A stretch of DNA of 64,000 nucleotides from Octopus sinensis. Taxonomy: Eukaryota. The notes under the pieces were generated by a model that was not told the origin of the DNA, searched no databases, and saw only the letters and a list, made by a program, of their open reading frames with translations. Below, piece by piece: positions 13,799 to 25,964 of the stretch. The stretch's first letter is position 1; each line of letters begins with the position of its first letter. A program made the translations under genes and the position numbers. The stretch covers positions 55,738,001 to 55,802,000 of the forward strand of contig NC_043012.1 in NCBI RefSeq assembly GCF_006345805.1, written 5' to 3'.

Positions 13799-14236
13799 GA
13801 CCAGATGCAGGGCGATGGAAATGGGCGGTCAAGGGTGTACAGGTCGTTTTCTAAGTAAGACTAATGAGTCAAGGCATTCCATCCGTGAATATCCAGTCCT
13901 TTTTTATTTTCAAGTATGAAAGGCGAAGTTGGCCTCATTAAAATTTGGACCAAGAGCATAAAGAATACCAATAAACATAATAGTGACACATGAGTATTCT
14001 TGTAGCCCACCCGGGAGACCAGATGCAGGGCGATGGAAATGGGCGGTCAAGGGTGTACAGGTCGTTTTCTAAGTAAGACTAATGAGTCAAGGCATTCCAT
14101 CCGTGAATATCCACAGTCCTTTTTTATTTTCAAGTATGAAAGGCGAAGTTGGCCTCATTAAAATTTGGACCAAGAGCATAAAGAATACCAATAAACATAA
14201 TAGTGACACATGAGTATTCTTGTAGCCCACCCGGGA
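13799..14236. repeat. Near-identical tandem duplication (218 + 220 bp)
   Basis: Units 13799-14016 and 14017-14236 differ by one 2-nt indel (ATCCAGTCC vs ATCCACAGTCC). Confidence 0.95.
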
Positions 14237-14503
14237 GGTTTGACAATTTGTAATAATTATTATTATTGTAAGTAGGAAGATCTCCTACAGAAGGAAGGAA
14301 GAAATCTGTAAATTAAATAAAGAAAAAAAAAGGGAAATCGTAAATATAGGCACAAGGTAAATATAGAGCTTGAATGGTTAAAAAAAAATCCGCTTTGCAG
14401 CTACATAGTTCTGTAGTTCGATCTCATTGCACTGCTGCATTGCACTTTGCGCATGTCTTCTAATGTCCCCTTGGGTTGACTAATGTTTTGAGAATATAAT
14501 GTA

Positions 14504-14888
14504 CTAGCAGTATAGCCCGGTGTTGCTCGGGTTTCTTTTCTTTTTCGACCCTTTAGAATTGGAATTTTTGAAAAGTAAAAATTTTGCATTATGTAGCTTG
14601 TGAACATTTTTCTGGTTGAAATACACCGAAAAAAGGCGACACAGCAGTCAAAAAAATCGTAAAAATAGGGATTTTCATAGAAAAAGAAAAGCACCTTTTT
14701 GATGTAAATAATTTTTGGTCTTAACATGGTCCGATTTGAATTTTTTTCTTCTACGGAATGAAGAGCAAGCCTTCCTCTATCATACTCTCAATTTTGGTCA
14801 ACTTGTGCCGCAGGGTCTCGGAGGAATTAGTACTAGTTGAAGGCTACCAAACCTGCCACACACACAACTTCAGCTTTATATATAAAGA
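14504..14888 (-). mobile_element. Non-autonomous Helitron, 385 bp
   Basis: Minus strand starts TC after a host A and ends CTAG before a host T. A GC hairpin (plus 14516-14531, CCCGGTGTTGCTCGGG) lies just upstream of CTAG. No TSD. Confidence 0.85.
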
Positions 14889-16361
14889 TATTTATACATA
14901 CAAACATGTGTGTATAAATATATGTATGTATGTGTACACACACAAACACTTCCCCCACACATAATTGAAACGTTCGGTAGTGCATATTCATTCAAGTAGT
15001 ATATAAATTTGTTTATTAGCTGTTGGTGCGTTGTGTAATAGGATACTAATTGAAATGTACGCTTAGTTTTACACTTTAAAACCATGCTGTTTGTGTTTAA
15101 TTAATTAATCAATTAATTAATTATTAATGAACATATGAATATATGTGTGTACGTTTATGTTTACACCACTTAATACCAGTATTGTGTTTATATGTAGTGT
15201 TTTTTTTTTACGTCCCATAACTTGCCGGTTCAGTAAGTAGACATCAAGTACTAAAATTTATGTAATAATGTTTGATATGCTCGACTAAACACCACCATTG
15301 AAAGTGGTGCGCTGGCAAGGCCGCAGCTCAATAACTGAAAACAGTAAAAGACCAAAATATAATATAATATAATATTATGAAACGAAGAAAAATAAAACAA
15401 AAAGAAATATATTGATGAGTATTGGTGATTTGCTAATATATATAATAAGATCGACAATGGGCAATGACCCAAAATTTCAACAAGGAAACAGAGGTAAAGA
15501 GTACCGCATGATATAAATAATTTTGCAATGATATCTGAACAATAAGAGTATATGATGTACTCAATACTAGAAATAATATAAAATGATAAGCAGTAAGGAG
15601 GATCCTGGTCAATAAGTGCGCCGAACTTGGAGATAAATATCCCGTTGCCTGAGCTGGAATGAGAGACTCGGAGAAACCAAACCGGCATATTGCCATATTT
15701 CTCATTTCAGTCAATGATAACCATATTTTCAGAAACAGTAATCAAGGAATTAATGTTTTCAGTAACCATGAACAACTTAAATCATGTGAGATTTGGAGGG
15801 TACTTTCAAACGCATGAATGGATTACACAGCCAGTCTACTAAAAACTGCAGGTTCAACCGTCCAACGGGCTTCTGCAGTTTCCGCCAACCCAATTTTGCT
15901 TGGAGGCTTGGTGGTGGTTTGTAATGGCTATTTCTCCAGGTCACACATTTCAAGTGGGGGGACAAAAATGTAAGCAATTGAAACTGTTGAGAAAAAAAAA
16001 TAGGAAAAAAGAAATCAGCATTGTAATTTCCGTTGTCCAACGTTTGGGGTGATCTGAGGCCATTGTAAAACATACATGCCTAAAATATCACGCAATTAGA
16101 TTGAAGCCGGGTCCAAAAAAGGGATTTCAAATAACTTCGGTGGGGAATAGAATCCTGTCTTTCAGCGTTTCCGGCAAGGTATACTTATCCCTATATAACT
16201 CACACACATTATATACACAAGGCGAATCCAATAGTTTTAATATATATTTTCCTCATGAAGGCCGGTTTATAGGGAAACCGGCCTTCCCCAGGGAAAAATA
16301 TAGACTGCTCTACATCTGAGAATGTGCTTCTTCTCCAGATTTATGCTTTTCTAAACACGAT

Positions 16362-16408
<47 letters not shown>

Positions 16409-16418
16409 GTGTATATAT

Positions 16419-16612
16419 ATTTCATTTTGGGATTTGGTTTGCAAGATTCTTTATATGAGTTCGTGTGTTGAAGCATATTCTGTTGTGTCTGGGGAGAGTA
16501 ATTTTCTTTTTGTGCCTTATAATGTAACACACTCACCGGTAAAATTTCCACTTGTTTCTTATTTTTATTTTTCTAAAATTTTCGTTGCGTCTTGCAACCT
16601 TTTCAATAGTCC
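16419..16612 (-). mobile_element. Penelope-like terminal fragment with U3-A8 hammerhead-like core
   Basis: Same family as 51081-51287, flanked by TA-rich microsatellite. Minus strand reads TTGAAAA-G-GTTGC-aagac-GCAAC-GAAA. The Penelope call is inferred from architecture only. Confidence 0.5.
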
Positions 16613-17039
16613 TGACTATTATACAATATATACACATATATATATATATAGATATAGATATAATACTCAATAAAAAGTACAGCTGTTTTTATTGTTACTA
16701 CCAATAACTTGGTACTTACTGAAGGAAAGACATTTTTAAAAACCGGCCACATCTACAACACAACCTTATTAAATAGAATTTCTTACGAAGTAATGAATCC
16801 TGAATGAAAAAGGTGGAGAGGCAAAGAAGTTGTAAATCCTAAATTAATACTTAAGGAACCCAAATAATAACCTAAACCCAAACCTCACAAATCAACATGA
16901 AATATAATCATAATTACGCATACGTAATTAATTAAAGTACAAACTTTCAAATGACCTTTTCCTTTCGGACCAATATAATTCGGTTATTGTTTTACCCCTT
17001 CTTTGATTAGTATGTAATATATTTTTCTATTCAGTTCTC

Positions 17040-17765
17040 CGTGCCTTCCTCCAACTTCCCCCTTAACTGTCTTTCTGATTAACTTCTGTCTGTCCCCCTC
17101 TCTCTGTATCTCTTTCTATATACATCTCTTTCTCTTTCTACTCTTTCTTTTTCACTCCGCCTCACTTTTCCCCATCTTTCTCTCATCACAAACTCCCACC
17201 CGTCTCAATCACGTGATAACCTCTGCCAATCTCTTCTCCTCCTCCACCTCCACTCATACCCCGTCTGTCTTTTTGGTGCTTTCTTTTCTTTTCACTTTTC
17301 TCTCTCTTTTCTCCCCCCTCTATTTATTTAACACTTCCTCTTTCTACTTTCTCTTCTCTCTATTCCTCCCATTCTTCTTCTTCTTCTTCCTTCAGCACTT
17401 CCACTTATTCTCACCTCTATTACTTCTCTCTATTTCTTTCTTAGCTCCCTCTTTTCACCCTGTCTTTCTTTCCTCATCTCTCCCGCTTTTCACTCTCTTT
17501 CTTTTAACTATTCTTCTTTCCACTCTCTTCAGCTCTTCTTATTTCCACTTTAACTCTTCCTCTATCCCTCTCTCTCCAATATTTTCCACTTCCTACTCTC
17601 TGAAACACCTTCCCCCTACTTTCTTATACTCGTTCCACCCATCACTCTCATTCTTATTCTATTTCATCCTCTTCCAGACTTCTCTTTATACTTTACGTCT
17701 CTTCTCATTCTCTCACCCTCTTTCTCTTTCCACGCTCACACATACTTTCTCTCTCTTTCTTTCAT
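17040..17765. repeat. ~0.7-kb polypyrimidine (CT-rich) low-complexity tract
   Basis: Very few G on the plus strand. The 200-aa F/L/S ORF is compositional. Confidence 0.9.
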
Positions 17766-18109
17766 CAAGTATGGTCGACAACAACAGGAGGGAGCCCCGA
17801 CCTATTAAATCATGAATTATCAGAGAACCCTACCGTTACCTGTTACCTTGCCTGCCCCGCTGCTCCCGTTCGCTAGCAATGACTCAAGGCATTATTTGAC
17901 TAGCCAAGCAGCTAGTTAAAATCCAGTCATCCAGCACCATAATACCCTACAATTATTATACCAGAAACCATTCTGTTCGGACAGTAACCAAGGGATTTGT
18001 ATGCAATTCATTAGAAAACTTGTTCGCCTCATTTTATTTGCCTTGACACATCGTTAACGCTTGTACATTTCGTTACCTTCTCATAACTCAACCGCCAAAT
18101 AAAACAACT

Positions 18110-18285
18110 GAGCCTTTACGTGGTCGCTCGATTTGCTAGAAGTAGCAGTCAAATCTCCTTAAAGTTTATACTCTGCCTTTCGAAAAACAACGAAAGAAAA
18201 GGGACATATTTGGATCATGTCTGAGAAATTCCGAAAAAGACGGGATGGTCACGGCAAGAATGCTTTTGCTCAAATATTTCGATGA
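18110..18285 (+). mobile_element. Family H retroposon fragment
   Basis: CTAGAAGTAGCAGTCAAATCTCC...AAAAGACGGGATGGTCA. Related pieces at ~5470-5560, 7690-7770 (reverse), 12700-12810, 21535-21865 and 29410-29560. Confidence 0.6.
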
Positions 18286-18344
18286 CGATGAGAGCTGTTA
18301 CCTGGTCGTTCACTTTTGCTCAAAATAGCAACCAAATTTTCTTC

Positions 18345-18563
18345 GGTACTGCTTAAGAACAGTGGTCCCGGTGCGCGCACTCGCGCATCTGCACTAGCTA
18401 GTCATGACTAGTCGATCCTTACTTTGTGTTTTATTTACTTTGAGTAAAAAAATTATTTATTTTGTGTTTTATTTACTTTGCTAGGTAACTAGTCACGACT
18501 AGCTAGCGCGGATGCGCGAGTACGCGAGTGTGCGCACCAGGACCACTGTTCTTAAGTACTACC
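18345..18563. mobile_element. MITE with ~70-bp TIRs, GG...CC ends and 9-bp TSD (MULE- or Merlin-type)
   Basis: ATTTTCTTC at 18336-18344 and 18564-18572. Arms GGTACTGCTTAAGAACAGTGGTCC... and ...GGACCACTGTTCTTAAGTACTACC. Confidence 0.85.
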
Positions 18564-19361
18564 ATTTTCTTCAAATCACACACACACTCGCCTTAAATAA
18601 TGTACATTGGATAACAACGTTCCTTTCATACAAAAATGGACGGGGTGGTCATGGTTGGAACACAGGCATCTTTATGATTGGTGAACGACTGCACGCACAC
18701 ACGCATACATACATACTGAGGTACATGCCCCCCCCGCCCCTACAACATATGTGTGTGTGTGTGCGTGTTTGTAAATATGTTGTGTGTGTGTGTGTGTGAA
18801 CGCGCATTTGGACACCACAGTGATGCATTTGTTGCTATTTTAGGACACCTAACGAAAAATAGTTCTGCAAGACTGATTATGCACTAGGGAACTAATAACT
18901 ATGATAGCTATGATAATGAATGATGTGGTCAAATAAATAAATAGATATAATATAATAAAAACAAACAAACATCGAAATAATGTGCTAACAGCAAACTGAC
19001 TATCCATATACTAAACGGTTATACATATATGTATTGTATATGAACACACACATAGGCGCGCACATCTACACTTACATACACATATTCGCAACTTGACGTT
19101 TTTATGGTTTCGTCTGTTGCTAATGGTGGAATGTCCGTTCCTTCGATCGTAACTTTTCAGTTGTTCGACCAAGTGAACGCTTACTCGTGAAATTAACGTA
19201 TAAGTGGCCGAGTATTCCGAAGACACATCTAACCTTAATGCGGTCCTTATGTCGAATGAGTGTTACACAGAATAACAAGGTTGGACACCATTGAATAAGA
19301 TGCAATCAGACAGACAGACAGATAGATAGATAGAGACAGAGAGAGAGAGAGAGAGACAGAC

Positions 19362-19420
<59 letters not shown>

Positions 19421-21291
19421 CAGAGGCAGAGAGAGAGACAGATAAATAGATAGAGACAGATAGATAGATAGATATATAGAGACAGACAGAAGAACAGAGT
19501 CCAATACAGAACTGGTAATTCATCGACCCCTAATAGATGAAAGGCACGTAGAACTCGACAGGATTTATGTATGTTTATATATAACGATAATTTAAACTGA
19601 AGTTTGACATTCTTTTTACTCTAAGTTTTGTGTCGCCGCTTTTCGATATGACTCGGCGTTTATGAATTACGGTTTTATTATGTAAATGCTAAGTATTTGG
19701 TCGAAATAATGTTTAGAAATATTGAGATTCAATGTTTGAGACGCTTATAGTGTAAAAATTTATCATTTTAAATATTTAATGTTTGAGAACGTATTAAAGT
19801 ATGAGGCAAGAAGAAGAAAAAAACATACATGAAGACAGAGCAAAAGAGGAAGTAGACAGATAAGAAAGGGGATAAGGAGAAAAAAGAAAATGGAGAAAGG
19901 AAGAATGGTAAAAAGAAGGAACGTAAGAAGAGATAGTCATAAGTAAACTGTGCGCTGAACTACGATTACATTCGAAGAAATTAGCTACGATAACGTGATG
20001 GAGAAAGTATGTATTTATCAGAGAGGAGTGTGAAAGTGAATAAGAATGCATTAGGTTTATTATGAGCGAATGGGGAGAGGAAGGACCAGGGAAGTTGTAG
20101 AAATGATTAAAGTACAGTTATGTTGAAGAAGACGGGAGGGTGAGGAGAGAGATGTGAGGACAGTAAAATGTGAAAGCTGATTGGTACTTGAATAAATATA
20201 TAACAAAAGAGGGCAAATCATTTCTGAGGGATCTGATCTCGTTCTGTGTATACATTTGAAAAATTAATCTTATCAACGTCTCCTCTGAACTTATTAAATT
20301 ACAGGAATGAGCTTCTTTCGAAATGTCGTCGCTATAACGCGTGTGTGTGTACTGGGGTTGATATAATCAACTTCCTCCCCACTCAAAACTGCTGGCCTTG
20401 TGCCAAAATTTGAAAGTATGATGATGATGATCATCATCATCGTTATTATTATTGTTACAGTGTATTTCTGTTGCAACCGAATTAAGTATGCTTCTTATCA
20501 GACCCATGGTGTTTGGATGCAATATTATCACGCCTACACTTTTTGTATTCGTTTTGAGCAAATTGTTGACATTCTGATACAAGTTGAGCCACACTTGAGT
20601 GAAGGCTCCTACTTATCTATCATTCTCTTGGTCCAAATTACCATTAGGGTCTGTTCTTGTGCCGCGAAAACCATTCTTTTGCTCTCGTCCTTTAATATTC
20701 CTTTCTTTAACCAGATCCTGCCACTCATGCAATCTTTTATCGCTTCTGTCCTTTTGAAAAAAAATCACTGTACGGCGATTCTTTTCATCAAAGTTTGGTT
20801 TCGTTTATCCCTCATTTTCTTGGATGCTCTGCTAATTCTATAAGTAGTTCCATTATTACCTTATGGAGAAATTTAATTTACATCTCCCCCATAGAAATCT
20901 AGACTTGTTTTCTCTAGTTCTGCTACCTTTTCAACACTCCCCTCTATTTTTATTATTTTCTTTGTCTTTTACTTGTCTCAGTAATTGGATCACGGTCATG
21001 CTGGGGCACTGCTGTGCGGGTTTAGTCGATTAAATTGACATCACTATTTATTTTTTGAAGTCTGGTACTTATTCCATCGCTCCCTTCTGCCGAACCGCTA
21101 AGTAACGGGGACGCAAGCAAACCAACACATGTACACAAGCGAGATGTTTGAGTGACGAACACAAAGACTGAGACATATAAATATACACACCTGTTATGTA
21201 TGTATGTATGTATGTATGTATTATGTATGTATGTATGTATGTATGTATGTATGTATGTGTATATGTATGTATGTATGTATATATGTATGTG

Positions 21292-21323
<32 letters not shown>

Positions 21324-21534
21324 TGTATGTATGTATGTATGTATTATGAAGTCCAAAAGCATGAAACTTCTTGCGGTGTTTTAAGATACCAATTAGATAC
21401 AGTAAAACATTATGTTTGGCGCTTTGACTGTTTCCATAACTTAGTTTAGAAATGGACAAAAATAATGGAGGTGTATATAGAATCAGAAAGTATCTAGAAT
21501 TCACAAAAAATCTCTGCTTTACACGATTAATCGA

Positions 21535-21865
21535 TAGGGTAGAAGTAATCGCCAAATTGCTTTCAAAATCACATAGACAGTCTTTAAGGAGGGAAGTAGA
21601 CATTGGATAACGCAGTCCAAGACAAAGAAAAGACGGAATTGTCATCACTAGCATTGCTGGGGGTGGAGTACGGTTTGCCCCAGGCGGCACTTTTGGGTCT
21701 GCTGTAAGCAATGTTTTTTGCAGGGTTCGGGGGCAGCAAACGGAAGGGCTGCCTCGGGCGGCACACATTGTAGCTACGCTAGTGATGGTCATAGCTGGAA
21801 TGACTCTGATCATACGTCTTCTCAATCAGTGCTGACCTGGGGGCTAAACAGCAGCAGCAGCACTA
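21535..21865 (+). mobile_element. Family H retroposon interrupted by a MITE
   Basis: 21535-21645 and 21785-21865 join into a continuous H sequence ending CTGACCTGGGGGCTAAACAGCAGCAGC. Confidence 0.7.
21646..21784. mobile_element. 139-bp hAT-like MITE
   Basis: Ends CACTAGCATTGCT and AGCTACGCTAGTG. 8-bp TSD ATTGTCAT (21638-21645) and ATGGTCAT (21785-21792), 7/8 match. Confidence 0.75.
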
Positions 21866-22425
21866 TCGCAGAAGTTACAACGCCAAATTACAACAAGTAC
21901 ATCGGACGTAACTAATTGCAACTTAAAGCGAACCAATGAGAGTATTTATCAGGTAGTTTGGCCTGTTAGAAATCACACAACTGTCTTTCTTTTTTTTTTT
22001 TAAAAAAAAGACTATAAATATGACATGGCGCGTCTAAGCGTGATGGTCACAGTTGAATCGCTTTAAATCATAACTCGGTTAATATGCAGTTAAGGACAGA
22101 CAGTGAAGTCCCATAATATTCTTAACTGACCTGGAGAAACATCAAGATTTCATTTTAAAAATCCACCTGACCGTACCGAGTCCACTGGCAACTAGTATTG
22201 TATTTTCTGATGACATCTTCAGCATTTCTGCAATAACAGTTGCGGGTACAATACACAGCTCTAACTTACTGTACCCAGAAACGGACCGAAAAAGGCAATA
22301 CCACGGCTTCCTTATCGATGCATGATAGACAAAACGGATTCGCGTGATTAATGCAATAATCCTGCATGGAATTGTTCTCAAAGAACTAATAGGAAGTAGT
22401 GGCGTTGTTTATGTGGATTTTGTCG

Positions 22426-22846
22426 GGATCTTTTCGGTTTGAACGGCAGTTTTTTAAAATAATTTCCACCTAACTAAACACTTTTAAACTTCGTATACTG
22501 GTAGAATGTGTTTATAAAACATCTTTTTCTCTTGGCTTTATTGAGAAAATTCTATAGTTTGTAAGATATTTGTTGTTTTTTTTCTTCAATTTCTGCAATT
22601 TCAACCAATCAATGACGTCTATTGAGGTAAAAAAAAAACATTCTGTGCCGTATGAATATGTCCCTCGTTTAAGAAACAGAATGGGTTTATTTACATTTGT
22701 GAAGAAAAAAGATACCCTTCTCCGACCCCTAACCCTAACCCTAAAAGAGATTGAAATGCAATAGATCGATTCTAGGGTCATAATTATGGGTGACAATTTC
22801 ATATGACACCCGCTAGAAAAAACTGCCGTTCAAACCGAAAAGATCC
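22426..22846 (+). mobile_element. Merlin-like MITE copy 1 with internal (CCCTAA)3
   Basis: TIR GGATCTTTTCGGTTTGAACGGCAGTTTTT and its reverse complement at the 3' end. Homologous to 59250-59654. No TSD visible on this copy. Confidence 0.8.
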
Positions 22847-23491
22847 CCGGCGTTATTTAGTTTCACCTTTTTATTTTCAGAAGCCTAAACTTCTTGTCAA
22901 TGCGTAGTTCTTGAACTAGGACTAGTTCCTCTGTATTATATGTGGTACATAGGACATATTTCCCTGACGTCCATGCATCAATTATATTACACCCCACCCT
23001 GTTAACCGCCAGAGTAATTTGGGACTTATGAAACGAAAGCTTTATATTACTCAGAACATGAAAGAAGAGCTAATTAAAGTCTGAAAACAAGGGTGTCCTA
23101 AGATAAACTTATAAAAAAAAAAAAGATTTTGACAGTCAAAGGGTTAAACAACAACAGAATGACTTAGTAATTACCTGTAAGGCCAAGTGACTATAATTAT
23201 ATAGAAGTTGTAATTAATAAAATATTCAAACGTCACGCTAATTCAAAAAATATGAATCACTTAATTTATGCAAATATAAATCGTTTAATTTATGCAACTG
23301 GTCACAACCAGAGAAGTTAAAATTAAAAGCAATGAAAGCAAAATTCGTATGCAACCAATGCAGATAAAACGGAAAAGAAAAACAATTGGTTATTTTATTT
23401 TTTTAAAAAAGATTCGTTCTTCTGATCCATGACCTTAGAATGGAACTCGAAATATCGATAAATCTATTATGCGCACACGCTCACACACACA

Positions 23492-23535
<44 letters not shown>

Positions 23536-23551
23536 TTTCTCTCTCTCTCTC

Positions 23552-23652
<101 letters not shown>

Positions 23653-24085
23653 GGAAACAGCTTATAATTATGTGTTATGAGATCAAACGGTTATTGTTAA
23701 AATTACTGGAGTCCCAAACATGGTCAGGATAATTGCTAAGAAAAAATCCTAATTGCTATTTTAGTCTCTGATCATGGTTGGTCGTTGGTTATAAGATTCC
23801 GTTCCAAAATGATCACGATAAAGCAGGTTCCATTGCGTTTTAAAAAAAATAATTAGTCACAGAGGATCGTTTACACATGAAAAAAAATAAAAAAAGAGTC
23901 TGGATAGTATAAAAAAAAGCAGAATAGATATACTTATGTGGAAAGCGCAACATTAACTCACGCACACATATACATACATATATGGACGCGCATATACACG
24001 TACGTAGAGAAGATTGGAGGGGTGGCATCACAAAGGGAAATAACTAGTTTATTCAGCTAAAGTTTGCAAGTTATGGTACAATATA

Positions 24086-24173
24086 CATGATGGGCCAAAA
24101 GTAACGCACCAAAACAGTTCGATTCATGTAATACGTTAAGGTTTAATCTTGGTGCGTTACTTTTGGCCCACCT

Positions 24174-24175
<2 letters not shown>
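24086..24175. mobile_element. ~90-bp Tc1/mariner-type mini-MITE
   Basis: Perfect 22-bp inverted repeat TGGGCCAAAAGTAACGCACCAA (24091-24112 and 24149-24170), TA-flanked. Confidence 0.75.
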
Positions 24176-24211
<36 letters not shown>

Positions 24212-24449
24212 TACAGTAAGACATAAAATATGGTAAGTTGTTACTGTAGGCTGGTTGAACGATGAGATAAGAGAAAAGATTAATATAGCGCAATGTGTGG
24301 TATAGTATGGAATGGTGTGAGGTGTAATCTGTGGAATTGTAATGGTGTGATAATCTATAGTAATTTTAATACGATATGATGCAGTGGGTGGGTTTGATAA
24401 AGGCAGAAAGAGGAGTATATGTGAAATGTTATATGAAACAGTGGATATG

Positions 24450-24489
<40 letters not shown>

Positions 24490-24497
24490 CCTACCTC

Positions 24498-24533
<36 letters not shown>

Positions 24534-24541
24534 CCTACCTC

Positions 24542-24581
<40 letters not shown>

Positions 24582-24589
24582 CCTACCTC

Positions 24590-24644
<55 letters not shown>

Positions 24645-25253
24645 GTATGTCGGTCTATCTCTATCTATCTGACTGTCTGTCTGTCTGCCTGCCTGCCTGC
24701 CTGCCTATCTACCTATTTATCTATCTGTCTATCTATCTATCTATCTATTTATCTATTTGTCTCTATCTTTCTTTCTCTCTCCCCCACCCCCTCTCTCTAT
24801 CTATCTATGTCTGTCTACATACATACATAGATACATACCTTCCTACATACACATGCATACTATTGTGCGATTTATCTCATATGTTACAGCAGCCTAAACT
24901 TTATCTCCGCTTTGGTATTTATTTTATACTCCACTGCAGCTGTTCAATGAGAGTAATCACAGAGGAAAGAGCCGTACCAGTGACCTCCACATCTCTTTTC
25001 TAGGTCCTTCAAGCCTAGTGGGAGGAAGTTATTCCCAAACCAGACACCTGACCTGAATGCTTGCAACTGAGTGGAATCTGCCAAAAGCACTCAAGAACCA
25101 GAGGTGATGCTAAACCTAGCAACGGAGATTAAGTCCATTACCCAAGAACTCAGATAGTAAACAGTTGGAACAAATACTGCAAGGCATCTTGTCTGATGTT
25201 TTAACAATTCCACCAATTCACTGTCTTTTATTGGTGCCTTATTTTATTGACCC

Positions 25254-25964
25254 TTAATTCTTTCACGTTTAAACTGGCCATATCTGGCCCAAATATTCTA
25301 CTGTTTTACAGCCAAACCAGCCAAATCCAGTGTCTTATTCCTGCCCTATAGCGTCATTCTAAAAATAAGCAATTACATTCTTTTATTCTTTTACTTGTTT
25401 CAGTCATTTGACTGGGACCATGCTGGAGCACTTGAAATTTTGAAGCTACAAGATAATGCATGATTATCTTAAAACAATGAGGAAAGACAAGCATTACATT
25501 TGACAGAATTATCTGAATGCTAAAGCGGCGAGCTGGCAGAATCGTTAGCACGCCAGGCAAAATGCTTAGTGGTATTTCATCTGCTGTTACGTTCTAAGTT
25601 TAAATTCTACCGAGGTTGACTTTGCCTTTCATCCTTTTGTGGTTGATTAAATAAGTACCAATTACGCACTGGGGTCGATATAATTGACTTAATCTGTTTG
25701 TCTGTCCTTATTTGTCCTCTCTGTGTTTAGCCCCTTGTGGGTAGTAAAGAAATAGGTATTTCGTCTGCTGTTACATTCTGAGTTTAAATTCTGCCGAGGT
25801 CGAATTTGCCTTTCATCCTGTCGGGGTTGATAAATTAAGTACCAGTTATGCACTGGGTCGATATAATTGACTTAATCTGTTTGTCTGTCCTTGTTTGTCC
25901 CCTCTATGTTTAGCCCCTTGTAGGCAATAAAGAAATAAGAATTTTCTGAATGCAAAAGGGCTAA
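25254..25964. mobile_element. Degenerate piggyBac-like (TTAA) MITE with nested SINEs
   Basis: Same family as 57179-57978 (TTTAAAC-GGCC...CCAAATATTCTAC and GCATTACATTTGACAGA...CTGAATGCTAAAG). Contains a SINE A tail and the B' dimer. Confidence 0.6.
25526..25944 (+). mobile_element. Dimeric SINE B'+B' with 14-bp TSD
   Basis: Second unit starts at junction GTAGTAAAGAAATA|GGTATTTC. Flanks TCTGAATGCTAAAG (25512-25525) and TCTGAATGCAAAAG (25945-25958). Confidence 0.85.

Noticed and set aside
21022-21915. 267-aa minus ORF and Ser/Gly-rich plus ORF 21718-21915 as a candidate exon
   Set aside because: The GC-rich island resolves into a family H retroposon with a TSD-bounded hAT-like MITE, and the rest is (TATG)n.
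21933-22020. CCAAT plus TATAAATA promoter
   Set aside because: Common motifs in AT-rich DNA, with no supported downstream gene.
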